This document shows, piece after piece, positions 52,007 to 64,000 of a stretch of DNA of 64,000 nucleotides (the stretch's first letter is position 1; every line of letters begins with the position of its first letter). Location: assembly GCF_018350175.1 (NCBI RefSeq), contig NC_058368.1, forward strand, positions 217,250,001-217,314,000, in the 5' to 3' direction. Position numbers and translations under genes: made by a program. The notes under the pieces were generated by a model, which saw only the letters and a program-made list of their open reading frames with translations, searched no databases and had not been told where the DNA came from. The stretch is from Felis catus (taxonomy: Eukaryota).

Positions 52007-52221
52007 GGGGCGCCTGGGTTGCTCAGTCGGTTAAGCAGTGGACTTGGGCTCAGGTCATGATCTCGCGGCCAGTGAGTTCGAGCCCTGCGTCGGGCTCTGT
52101 GCTGACAGCTCAGAGCCTGGAGCCTGTTTCAGATTCTGTGTCTCCCTCTCTCTCTGACCCTCCCCCATTCATACTTTGTCTCTCTCTCTGTCTCAAAAAT
52201 AAATAAACGTTAAAAAAAAAA
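52007..52221 (+). mobile_element. Can-SINE (SINEC_Fc type)
   Basis: Full body; TSD aaagatg(a/t)aaagtga. Confidence 0.96.
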
Positions 52222-53319
52222 AGATGTAAAGTGATCCTCCTAATCCCTTCCTTCCTTCCTTCCTTCCTTCCACCCACTCTCTCCTGCCCTCCCTCCCTTC
52301 TTTCTTTCCTTTTTTCCTCCCTCCTTTCCTCCCTCTCTTTCTTGCTACTATAAACAGTTTAACACCTGCTGAATTAGAAAAATGCTTTGAAATATATAAT
52401 GGAACAGACTGTTAGGAGGCCTACAGGATCAAGCAAGCAAGCAGAATTATGAAACAAGGAAGTCCCATCAGAAGAGTTAAACCACAGGTATGGGTAAGAT
52501 ATGTGTAAAGACTGTTATAGTAAATAAAGAATCAGCACGAAACAGAACTTCCTAGGAGCTTTCTTTGGAATAAGACACTATTTACTTTGACATGGAAATT
52601 TAAACAAAGAATCTAAGATGGGAGGACAGAATCCATAACTGAAAAATTTTGTTCTTCCTAAAGCATTGTTTAATTTCATGGATGATTGAGAATTTTCATT
52701 TCAAAATATATTCAATTCTCTAAGAAATTTACTTGTCTATAAAATGTCCACTTCTGTTAACATGCACAAATAGAGATCCACAAAGGCTGGTCACATATAC
52801 AATAATTAAAACAAAGATAATTTTAGTTTGCTTAAAGATGGATGATTCCATTTATGAGAATGCAAGCACACCTAAAATTGAGAATGAAGCAATATGTATT
52901 TCTGACAATTTTAAGGGCATTTTAATAAGAGTTGTTTCACTTCATTAACATTAGCTCTTTTATTTAAAGCTGAAATTGAGTAAATGAATTCATGATGCCT
53001 TTCGTTTCATGTGCACATATAATGTGATTAACCATACATTCAAAATATATGCCTAATTTTACTGAATTTTTATTCCAATATTTTATTTATCAGGTAATGA
53101 TCATATCATAGATACAAATGATTTAAACTGTAGTATTGCATAATAGAATTATGATTTTTGTGATATTTTCCCACTACTTTAGGTACTAGACAGCAAACAC
53201 AGACAGTACTCCAGAGATATATAGCAAGAATTTGACTTGCAGGGAATTATGTTGTATTTGATCATGTGTGTCTTCATTTTCCTATTTTTGGTAAATTTTT
53301 AGTTGAATTAAAATACGTA

Positions 53320-53520
53320 GGGGCGCCTGGGTGGCTCAGTCGGTTGAATTTCTGACTTCGGCTCAGGTCATGATCTCACAGTCCCTGAGTTACAGCCCCG
53401 CGTCCGGCTCTGTGCTGACAGCTCAGAGCCTGGAGCCTGCTTCCGATTCTGTGTCTCCCTCTCTCTCTGCCCCTCCCCCGTTCATGCTCTGTCTCTGTCT
53501 CAAAAATAAATAAATATTTA
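53320..53520 (+). mobile_element. Can-SINE
   Basis: ggggcgcctgggtggctcagtcggttgaatttctgacttcggctcagg...caaaaataaataaa. Confidence 0.96.
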
Positions 53521-53558
53521 ATTTTTTTTTAAATATGCACTAAGAAGCACATAAATCT

Positions 53559-53760
53559 TGGGACGCCTTGGTGGCTCAATCAGTTAAGCATCTGACTCTT
53601 GATTTCAGCTCAGGTCATGATCTCACAGTTCGTGGGTTTGAGCCCTGCATTGGACTCTGTGCCCAGAGCTCGGAGCCTGCTTGGGATTTTCTCTCTGCCC
53701 CTCTCCTGCTCATGCTCTCCCTCTCTGTCTCTCAAAATAAATAAACATTGAAAATAAAAA
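53559..53760 (+). mobile_element. Can-SINE
   Basis: gggacgccttggtggctcaatcagttaagcatctgactcttg...; TSD-like acataaat. Confidence 0.94.
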
Positions 53761-53769
53761 GCAGTACAT

Positions 53770-55840
53770 AAATATTATATGTAAAGACAGATGAACTGTC
53801 ACAAAGTAAACACACATGTGTTACTATTACCTAGATTTGAAAAAAAAAAAAGAATATTACCAGAACCACAAATAACACTTTGGAAGTTTTCTCTAAATGC
53901 AACGTTAACTCTCAGTAACAAGCACTCTTCTGATTTCTATCACCACACATTACTTTTGCCCTTTTTACTTCATCTAAATGGAGTCATACAGTGTATACTT
54001 TTATATAGTTAGATGTTTTTATACAATTCTATGACATGAAATTCTTTTCCATTAGCTCATTTTTTTTATTGCTGAATATCAATTGTTTGGCCACAAAACA
54101 ACTTACGTATAAACCTAATGATAGGCAGTTAGTTGCTTCTAGGTTTTTTTGTTTGTTACAAATAATGATGCTGGAACCATAATACTTATGCCTTTAAAGA
54201 TATGTGTGTGTGTGTATGTGTGTGTACACGCATATATATATTATATACGCACACACACACATTGAATATATTTCTAAAAGTGAAATTGCTAGAACTTAGA
54301 GTATGCATGTGTTCAACTTTTGTATATGTTGCTGAAGAGTTTACTGAAGTGTTCCTACCATATAGAATCTCATCTCCTGTATATAATGCTTCCTGTTACT
54401 CTACTTCAACAATGATTGTGAGTCTCTGTCTTTTTAAATATTAACCATTCTGGTAGGAGCATTTCACATTGGCTTTAATTTGCTTTACCCGGTACATAAA
54501 CTAGGATGTGCAACTTGCCATTTCCTTATTGGTTATGTGAATACCACTGTGAAGTGATTGTTCACGTCTTTTCTCACATTTTCCTATTGGCTCGTCTTTT
54601 TATGTGATTGAAGAGATCCTGCATATATTTAAAATATTAGAACCTTGTTGGTTGTATGCATATCAAATATTATCTCTAACATCATACATTTTCACTCTAC
54701 TGGTGATACCTTTAGATTAACAAATATTCTTAATTTAATGGAATCCAATCTGTCAATCTTTTATATGATTCAAGGCATTTTGTGCCCTGTTTCACAAAAC
54801 GTTGACTTACCCCAAGTCATAACAGTATGTTTCCATATTAACATCTGACATCTATATGTTTCACTTCTTACATTTAGATATACAGGATATATTGAATTCA
54901 TTTTTATATGTACGCTAAGATAGAAGTCAAGTTTCACTTTTTTTATTTATGTACCCAGTTGCTCCCATATCATTTAGTAAAACCTCTATGTTTCCCAGAA
55001 AATTTGATAATGTTACCTGTCAGAAAATAAGGGAACATATATGAGGAGATCGTTCTAAACTGTCTGCTCTGTTTCATTGGTTTTATTGTTGTCCCTCTGT
55101 GGTATTGTCATATTTATATTAGCCTCACAACAATTTTGATACCTGATCATGTTATTCTTCTTCCTCAAGTGGTTTTCCTATTTTCAGCTTTTTTTTACCT
55201 ATAATATTTTAAAATCAGGCCACTAATTAACACACATGCACACCCACACATATACACACATCTGCTAGATGGTAATTGCATTTACTTTCTGTCTAGCATA
55301 AATATAGCAATAATTAATGTACTCAGATTATTGAGTCTTCCAATTGAGTCTTCCAATATATTCCTATATTTATAAAGATCTTATATTTCTTTCAACAATT
55401 TTGTGTGTGTGTGTGTGTGTGTAGATGTCTTACAGTGCTACATTCACTTAATTTTGCGTATAACATTGTGAATGGTAATATTTCTAAAGTTTTTATTTTC
55501 TGTTTCCTGCTTTCATGTGGACAAACAATTGATGTTTGTATATCAACTTTGCAGCAGGCTGAGTTCTCTCGTCAATTGCAAGAATTTATCTGAAGATTCT
55601 TAGGTCTTCTACATACGGTCATCTTACCTGCAAATAATGACAATCTTATTTCCTTATTCCTTCTCCTATCATTTGCATTTCTTACTATTTATTTATTACC
55701 TTGGCTAAGTCCTCTGGCATAATTATGAAGAGGCATGGCTATGTGGTGATAGCATTCCGGTCTCTTTCTGGAATGAGAATATGGTTCTGACTTTCGCTGT
55801 GCATTTTCAGTATCGCTGGATACTTCAGTCTTTCACTTCT
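53770..55840 (-). mobile_element. Ancient L1ME-like 3' region
   Basis: atgaactgtcacaaagtaaacacacatgtg...aaatggagtcatacagtgtatact...ttgagtcttccaat...tcatcttacctgcaaataatgaca. Confidence 0.75.
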
Positions 55841-56488
55841 TTCCCACACTTTCAAAATGAATAAGGTTAGGAGGAGCTTGGGAAGTTACGTGGTAGAAAG
55901 AAAAGGAGGAAATTATTGCCATATTGATTGTCTTAATATATAACTTATTCTGAAAAAATATTCCACACCTTTATACCTGTATGTTGATGTAGAAAAAAAA
56001 AGTTTGATCAATCCTGTGGAAGGAGATTATCTCTTGAAATTTGAGATTTATAGTACTCTAAAAGCCCGCGGTAGGTACAAAGAAATTGATTTTGTATTGA
56101 GACTTCAAGTTAGGTATCTTTTAAATTTATGGCTGATTTAAGTAATGAAAAACATCCTTAAAGAGAATTGGTGATTATAAGAGATATTATTGCTCTGGCC
56201 AAAAAATGAAAAAAGCTAGTGTGTTACTGATTATTTCAACATTAAAAAAAAGAAACAAAAAAAAATGTAACAACTTAAAACTTGTCTCTGCTGAAGGAAC
56301 AATGTATCTTTTAACTGTTTTGTTACCCAAATATTTAATATTCCAGTTTCCCCAAAGTGCAAACATTTTTATACAAATGAGTTTTCTATGATTAAATAAA
56401 AGTATCACACACACACAAATACATATTTCCTCCAGATAGTCAAGTTGCACAGTCTTCTCAGTCTTTTTTATTGTTGTTAATGTGTTGA

Positions 56489-56509
56489 TTTTTTTAAATG
56501 TTTATTTAT

Positions 56510-56544
<35 letters not shown>

Positions 56545-56709
56545 ACGAGAAGAGAGAGGAACAGAGAGAGAGTGGGAGAGAGAACCCCAAGCAGGCTCTG
56601 CACTGTCAGCACAGAGCTTGACACTGGACTTTATCCCACAAATGGTGAGATCATGACCTGAGCTGAAATCAAGTCAGATGCTTAATCAACCGAGCCACCC
56701 AAGTGCCCC
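56489..56709 (-). mobile_element. Can-SINE with (GA)n
   Basis: SINE body; TSD ttaa(t/c)gtgttgat. Confidence 0.94.
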
Positions 56710-57215
56710 ATTAACGTGTTGATATTAAAACTGTAAACCCACCTTGATTTCCTGGAATAAATGTAAATTGAGTTTTAGGGGGGTAGGTGGGAAGTAAGGA
56801 TTCCACGAGTATTGGATTTTACCTGGGTGGTGAGACCCAGATTCCTTACAGAAGGGTCTGGGGAGAAGGATGGACCTCGGCACACAGAGCACCCAGGCAT
56901 TTCTCATGTCAGCACTTTCTTGCCTTCCCTGAACACTGTAGAATTCACAAGATCCTGGGAGACAGGCTGGCCGCAGCATTTTGGCCTGATTCTACCATCT
57001 CTGAGCCACCCCTGGTCCCTGATGCTCAGCTCATCCTAGCTTGCCTTCTCCTTGCCCCTCCTTCAGGACCTCTTGGAAGAAAGGCTTCCATATTTTACGA
57101 TAATTGTGATGCTATAGGCTGCTTGGTAGACAACCCTTTATCTAATTAGGGCACTACTCCTTTATTCCTTCTTTAGTTCTTTACCTTTCTTTACTTCTTT
57201 AAATCATGAATGCTC

Positions 57216-57340
57216 TGGGCACCTCACTGGTTCAGTCGGTTAAACAACCAACTGTTGACTTCCACATAGGTCATGATCCCCAGCGGTGGGATTGAGTTCC
57301 ACCCTGGACTCATGCTGAGTGTGCAGGCTGCTTCACCCCC
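57216..57340 (+). mobile_element. Old Can-SINE 5' part
   Basis: gggcacctcactggttcagtcggttaaacaaccaactgttgac...ggtcatgatcccc. Confidence 0.75.
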
Positions 57341-57394
57341 ATTTTTTTGTGTTTTTTAAATTTTCAAACTAAATATAGGGATATGCAGATATGT

Positions 57395-58320
57395 TTTTAT
57401 TGTAGTATAATACCCATAATGTAAAAGTTACCGTTTTAACCATTTCAAAGAGTAGAACTCAGTGGCAGTAAGTATATTTTCAATGTTTTATAGCTGTCAT
57501 GACTGTTTATTTCATTTAACCACCCCAAAAGGAAACCCTGTAATCAATGCATTAAGCAATTATTCTCCATTCAACTCCTCCCCATCCTCTGGCAGCCACT
57601 ACTATGCTTTTGTCTCTGGATTTGCCTATTACGAATATAAATACTATACTGGGCAATATGTCACGATACTATACAATATAGAACTTGACATAATGTTTTT
57701 AAAGATCATCTATGTTGTAGGATCTATAAGAACTTAATTTCTTTTTTCAGGGCTGAATGGTATTGGATGATATAGCTAAAGGGCATTCGGTTTATTTATT
57801 CATCAGTTGATGGATATTTAAGTTGTTTGTACCCTTATCAATTGTGAACAGTGCTGCTATAAATACTAATGTGCACATTAGTGTTTGACTGCCTGATTTC
57901 AGTTCTTTTGGGTGAATACAGCCAGTGGACTTGCTATGACATATGGTAATTCTATGTTAATCTTACTGGGGATTTGCCGACCTGAACCATTTTATTATAT
58001 TCCCACTAGCAACATGACAGGGTTCTGGTTTGCCTACTTTTGCCAACACTTGTTACTTTCCCTTTTGTTTTTCAATTTTTTTATTACTGTTATCCTACTT
58101 AGGTGTGAAGTGGTAGGTCAATGTAGTTTTGATTTAAATTGCCCTAAAAACTAATGACGTTAAGGATCTTTCCATGTGCATGTTGACCATTCCTGTATCT
58201 TTTTGGAGAATTATCTAGCTTTTACCATGTTTTGTAAATTGTGGGTTGTCTTCTTGCTTTTGAGTTATAAGAATTTGTTTAGATTATTGGATGTTTAGAT
58301 TCACATTTTTTATCAGATTT
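57395..58320 (-). mobile_element. L1MB-like 3' region
   Basis: ccataatgtaaaagttaccgttttaaccatttcaaagagtagaactcagtggcagtaagtatatt...caccccaaaaggaaaccctg. Confidence 0.85.
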
Positions 58321-58391
58321 ATTTGTGTTTTCATTATCTCCTGCTAACTTGTGGAAATTTATCATCGTATAAATATTTTCAAAGATATAAA

Positions 58392-58608
58392 TTTTGTTTT
58401 TTTTAGTGTTTATTCATTTTTGAGAGACAGAGAGACAGAATATGAGCAGGGTAGGGGCAGAGAGAGAGGGAGACACAGAATCTGAAGCAAGTTCCACACT
58501 CTGAGCTGTCAGTACAGAGCCCAACATGGGGCTCGAACTCATGAACCATGAGATCATGACCTGAGCTGAAGTTGAACGCTCAACCAACTGAGCCACCCAG
58601 GCACCCCC
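58392..58608 (-). mobile_element. Can-SINE
   Basis: SINE body; TSD taaattttg. Confidence 0.95.
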
Positions 58609-58875
58609 TAAATTTTGGCTTTGTTGAGATTTTTCTGCATTTTACAAGCTTTAATGTCTTGTATTTTTACTATTACTTCATTAATATGTTTTATTAATAT
58701 CCTTGAGATTTTTTCTTTGACCTGGTGATTGTTTAGAAGTGTAGTGTTTAATTATCCAGCATTGGATTTGGAGATTTATTCTATTACAAATAGAAAAGAT
58801 ATTTTATAAGGCGATTGATCCTTAAACAGTGTTTTAGTCTTGTTTACAGTGAAGCGTAGTTTCAATTTTGATAAG

Positions 58876-59701
58876 TGTGAGATAATAGAAAAATATATAT
58901 TGGTCACTTCCCCTGTTCCTGATACAGAACTCTTAAAACCCTCATAATTTCTTGGGTGATAAGAGCTTAAGGAGTATCTTTTGTTCTGTCATTAGGTTTT
59001 TGACCTGGTTCCTGATATAGGGTTTCTGAAAACCTTATAATCTCCTGGGGAACAGGAGTTGTAGCAAGGCGACTCTGGGTGGGCTCCTGGATGGCTCTGG
59101 GAAGAAGGCTGGACACCAGAAAGACAGTCATAATTAGAAGCTTAAAGTTTTCAGCTGTGCATTCCATTCTCTTGGGAAGAGAGGACTAAAAGTGGAGCTA
59201 ATGATCCATCATTCTCACAGAATGAGGCCCTCAGAAAATTCCAAAAGTAAGGGGCTCAGACAGTTTCTAGGTGGAAAAACATGTTTCTACCAAGAGGGGC
59301 ACATATCCAACTCCACCGGGCAGAAGATTTTGTGCTAGCAACTCTCCCAGACCTTGCCCTGTGTATCTCTTCATCTGCCTGTATATCTGCATCCTTTATC
59401 ATATCCTTTAATAAACTGGTAAATGTAAACAAATGTTCCCCTGAGTTGTGTGAGATGCTTTAGCAAATTAATAAAACTTGAGAAGGGTGTCGTGGGAACC
59501 TCAATTTATAGCTAAATTGAACAGATGTTGTGGGCAACCTAAGGACCTACTTCTTGAGATTGGTCTCTGAAGTGTGGGGTGGGGGGCAGTCTTGTGGGAC
59601 TGAGACCCAGTGGGATCTGACTGTATCTCCAGGTAGGTAGTGTCAGCAATGAGTTACATTATAGGACACCCAGCTGGCATCATGGAGAATTGCTTGGTGT
59701 G

Positions 59702-59738
<37 letters not shown>

Positions 59739-59845
59739 CCTTTGGTGACCAGAAATGAAGTGTTCTATGTAAAAGTAAAGGGGGAACACAGTACAGAAGA
59801 ACTATTACTTGTTTGTTTGTTTGTTTTTGGTTTTGTTTTCCAACA
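58876..59845 (+). mobile_element. MER21-like solo LTR
   Basis: tgtgagataatagaaaatatatattggtc...ccagaccttgccctgtgtatctcttcatctg...aataaactggtaaatgtaa...ggacacccagctggc. Confidence 0.85.
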
Positions 59846-59925
59846 TAGGAAAGGAATACAGTGTATAAAATGTAGCTGCTGAGTATGCTATAAAATATGT
59901 CATTTAAGAGATGCTATTTTTATGT

Positions 59926-60404
59926 TGCTGTGGGCTGAATGTTTGTATTCTCCCAAAATCCATGTGTTGAAACTCTAACTTCCAAAATGTTTGTATTAGG
60001 AGGTAAACCTTTGGAAGGTAATTAGGTTTAGATGAATTCTAAGGGTGGTGCTCTCATGATGGGATTAGCGACCTTACAAGAAGAGACCACAGGGCTCCCC
60101 TCCCTCCCTCCCTCTTTTCCTCCTTTTCCTTCCTTCCTTCCTTCCTTCCTTCCTTCCTTCCTTCCTTCCATCTTTTTATGTCTTTCTGTCTCTCTATCTC
60201 CCTTTCTCCAGCAGGTGAGGATACAGGAAGAAGGCAAGAAAGCAGCCATTTGCAGGAAAGTTTTTAGCATGAACCAAATCAGCAGGCACTTTTATCTTGG
60301 GCTTCCCAGCCTGCACAACTATGAAAAATAAATGTGTTTTTTGTTTTGTTTTGTATAAGCCACTCAGACTATACCATTTTGTTAAGGCATCCCAGACTAA
60401 GACA
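59926..60404 (+). mobile_element. MLT1A-like MaLR solo LTR containing (CCTT)n
   Basis: tgctgtgggctgaatgtttgtattctcccaaaatccatgtgttgaaactctaac...cccagactaagaca. Confidence 0.9.
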
Positions 60405-61021
60405 AATATTTTATATTCTTAAAGACTTTCTTGATGCTTCTTTGCAGTTAGTGAGATCTGCCTACTTGTCATTACTCTGTATGAATTTAGAAGCAACATT
60501 TCCAAGTGTATACAAATTAATATTTTGAATTAAACTGAAGTTGTACAGGCTATAATTTGCTTCCACACCCCCATTTCATCATTACTGGTTGATTCTCACT
60601 CAAACTCTTCATCCTATTACTACAGGAGAAGTTTGATCAATTGAATCTGCTGTTGACACTGTAATGGGTACATTCTGTGTGATAAAAGGATATCCTTTAA
60701 TCTCAGCTTTAAAGAAAGACTTCCTAAGTGATATGATACTATTATCTTATATACATATAGTCTGCATGTAGTAAAGCTATAGAGAAAACATACAGATATC
60801 TGATATTCATATGAAATACTTTAATGACTAAAGAAATAGGTTTAAGAGGCATCCAGTATACTCATTTTATCATTACAATTCAGTAGGACAGCAAATAAAG
60901 TGCTATAAATCTGAAGTTTCTACTGATTTTTTTTTAGATTACTACCAATGTTTAAAAATTTCCATATAATTGTCCCATATGGCAGTTAGATTTATATCTA
61001 TTCTTTGATGTAGCATGTGTA

Positions 61022-61225
61022 GGGGCGCCTGGGTGGTGCAGTCGGTTAAGCGTCCGACTTCAGCCAAGTCACGATCTCGCGGTCCGGGAGTTCGAGCCCC
61101 GCGTCGGGCTCTGGGCTGATGGCTCGGAGCCTGGAGCCTGTTTCCGATTCTGTGTCTCCCTCTCTCTCTGCCCCTCCCCCGTTCATGCTCTGTCTCTCTC
61201 TGTCCCAAAAATAAATAAATGTTGA
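61022..61225 (+). mobile_element. Young SINEC_Fc lacking a poly-A tail
   Basis: Near-consensus body; 17-bp TSD ttgatgtagcatgtgta (61005-61021, 61222-61238). Confidence 0.97.
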
Positions 61226-62022
61226 TGTAGCATGTGTAATTTTTTACGCTGGGTAAAAAAAGGTATATTAAAGGAAGAAAGATTTGTCAATGCTAAATGC
61301 TCTGGGGACATTTTTATTTTATTTTATTATTAATGGATGAGGTAGCTACATAATTGCACCTGACTTAAAACCTTAATAGTTAAAAAAGTTGTAAGTATGC
61401 TCTATGTAAAAGGGTTTTGAGTACTCAGTCTCCCATCCAAAAGTACAACGTGCTGGATTAGAAGCTATGCTCAAGAGATCTTTACCCCGCCTACAGGCAT
61501 TCATTCAAGTAGCCACTGAACTAATGTCAGATAGCCTTTTATTCAGGCACACATCCTGGCTAGACTATTCAATTTCCACGAGAGAAGGTCAACTCTATTC
61601 CAAGCTTCACTGTCTGTTAGCACATATAGGTCAATATTTATCTGGCAGCATAGAATTGCTTTATTCCAATTACTTGCCAGGGAATACAATCTCAAATTCC
61701 CTCCTGCCCGATATCTATCAAAAGCCCTTCTGAGGGAAGACTATTTGTGGACCATTTCAAGGCTGTTCCGTTTATCAGTTTTTCCACATAATCTGCAACC
61801 TACTGTTTAATAGTTGAGACTTTCATAAAAGTGAGTAATTGCATCATGCCATATTTTTCTGATTCCTCCCCCAAATAATCACAGCAATTTAATTATGTAT
61901 TTGTATAAATCCATTGCCATTAAAAGAAACAAGTATTCATGTTATTTATAAGCAGGATCCAATAAGGGATATTTTCTTTGAAGAGAATTTTTTCTTTTGT
62001 TTTATTTTTTTTTTCTTTTAGG

Positions 62023-62023
<1 letters not shown>

Positions 62024-62054
<31 letters not shown>
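62024..62054. repeat. (GT)n microsatellite
   Basis: tgtgtg... run. Confidence 0.93.
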
Positions 62055-62056
<2 letters not shown>

Positions 62057-63062
62057 CTTTAGGATTGCTTGTATTTCTTCTGGACAAGTAGATTTGTTTT
62101 GATCTTAGGGACTCTGTATATTGTTACAAAGAACAGGTTTCTCATTTCTATCTTGCTGTTAGAAAACTAAGGACTGTATTGAAGCTTAGCCTTGACAAGT
62201 ATGTAATCCTTTTACGTACATATGTTATGTTACCCTATTCTTCAAACCATTTAATATGCTTCTTTGTTTTACCCTTTCTTTTTTCAATGAATTCAAATAT
62301 ATATTATATACCATCAAATATTACCTTAAATTGTTTCTGGAAGAAAAGTATAGCAGAAACAAATTAATAAATAAGTAGAAAAAGTATTGTAACAAATGAC
62401 GTTTCCATTTTAGCAGGAAATTTGACTCAACAGGTTTATTTTCTTAATGCAATCAGTTGTGCAAGTAATATTTGTAAAAAGTGTTCAAGATTTGAGTCTT
62501 GAAAATCTTTTATTATATTAAGACTAAATCATAACAGAAGAAAATGATTCATAATACTGTAAAGCCCTTGTTTCAAAACACATTTGGTTTTTCCTCTCAT
62601 GATCCAATAATTTGAGATACATTATCTGAGACAGACAGGAAATTTAACCAGATTATTTTTTCTTGCCAGATTCCATTAAGAGGTAAGCACTACTCTGAAG
62701 AACTTTCTTTCATAAATTCAACATTTGTTTTTGTATCTAAACATATCGTGAATAGTAACCACTGTTTAATATTAATTCTATTTTGAAGTTGCTGGAGCAT
62801 AATTCATTATATATGGACCTTGAATATCCTTTGATCTCAGTTAAGAGATAATAATTTTTATATAAGCTATTGTGTCCTGAATTTGTCAGTTCAGTGAATG
62901 TGATATTTGAACTTCATAAAAGATGGATAATGATATTCAGCAGGGAATTTTTAATCATCTCTAAAATTAAGAATATTATCTAAGAATTTTGCCAAATTTC
63001 CTTACTAATCTCTTCCCAATGTTAACCACATCCTTGATAGCTGTATTTATATGTCACTTTAA

Positions 63063-63067
<5 letters not shown>

Positions 63068-63106
<39 letters not shown>
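63068..63106. repeat. (TA)n microsatellite
   Basis: atatat... run. Confidence 0.93.
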
Positions 63107-63109
<3 letters not shown>

Positions 63110-64000
63110 GAATGTTTATACATGTACTTATGTTGTACATACATATACACATATATAAACTGATAATATATAAATATAACTAGTATGGAGTTATAAAATA
63201 TGTGAAAAAAGACTAGGAACAGTCAGAGCAGCATTTAAATATTAAATAACAAATAGCATTGCCTTACTTTTATAATTCATTTCAATAGTGAGATCTAATG
63301 ACTTTACTACAACTTTATATATGCTTATATGTTTCTATATGTATTATACATAGTACATTTCTGTATATATATATATGCACATATATTTTCATATGCACAT
63401 ACACACTTCTAAATAAATTATTTTAAATGTATGTCAATACTATTAATACACCCTCTTCATCAGTATTACAAAATCTTATACTAGGTGAAATTTGACTTCA
63501 ATTTATTAGTATTCAAATCAATAAGATTTATCTAGTGAGGCATAGCAGAGCATTGTAATCTTTTAGTAGCAGAAAATTAAAGACTAAATCATTGAATATT
63601 TTAGAAAGTCATTAGTGACTTTTTTGCTTTCTTCTATGTATTATACTTATAATACATTTTATGCATGATTTTCAATATGGTTATGCCCCTGTATTTGCTG
63701 TCATGATTTTAAAATTAATGACAAAATAAGGCCTAGTCTGTATAAATTATTCTCCATTTTTTCTTTGCAAAGAACTCATAGAAGGAAAAAAAAAACATTT
63801 TAAAACCAGTATCCTTTCCAAGTAAAAGCTTAACAGTCTTTCACTAATCTATGATTATTTTTTTTAAAGCATGTCTGGTTTTAGAAACCCCTCGTTTCAG
63901 ACAGATTATTAAATGTCAAGCAAAAACAAGAATACTCAACAAAGTGTCTGGTCTTTAAAATAGATTTTAGATACTAATTTGGAAATATTATAGGAGTATT

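Noticed and set aside
8678..55357. Scattered 9-15 bp tandem duplications (e.g. ~8678, ~10561, ~22465, ~55331)
   Set aside because: Ordinary slippage duplications with no shared pattern.
61022..61100. tRNA gene (A and B boxes)
   Set aside because: tRNA-derived head of a Can-SINE, followed by SINE body and TSD.
777..61208. Recurring ORFs such as MAQSVKRPTSAQV… and …GRGRERGRHRI…
   Set aside because: They are translations of Can-SINE copies, not genes.

Overview
AT-rich, repeat-dense mammalian genomic DNA. The many tRNA-derived Can-SINEs of the feline SINEC_Fc type and the carnivore L1 ends point to a felid, most likely cat. No intact protein-coding gene, RNA gene or CRISPR array is supported; almost all listed ORFs fall in SINE, L1, LTR or simple-repeat sequence. 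The window reads as intronic or intergenic and holds about 28 Can-SINEs, L1, L2 and MIR fragments, solo LTRs and decayed DNA transposons. The most notable item is a ~298-bp GC-rich insert (30133-30430) carrying an intact 111-bp GAMT exon with both splice sites and intron flanks, placed antisense inside the 3' terminus of an L1 and bounded by an 8-bp inverted repeat. Other items: two fold-back duplications around (TA)n tracts (one abutting a doubly truncated L1), a twin-primed inverted L1 with a younger L1 in its target-site duplication (TSD), fossil hAT and Tc2 transposases, and a few orphan exon candidates. Repeat family names come from recalled consensus sequences, not from a search, and element boundaries are approximate.
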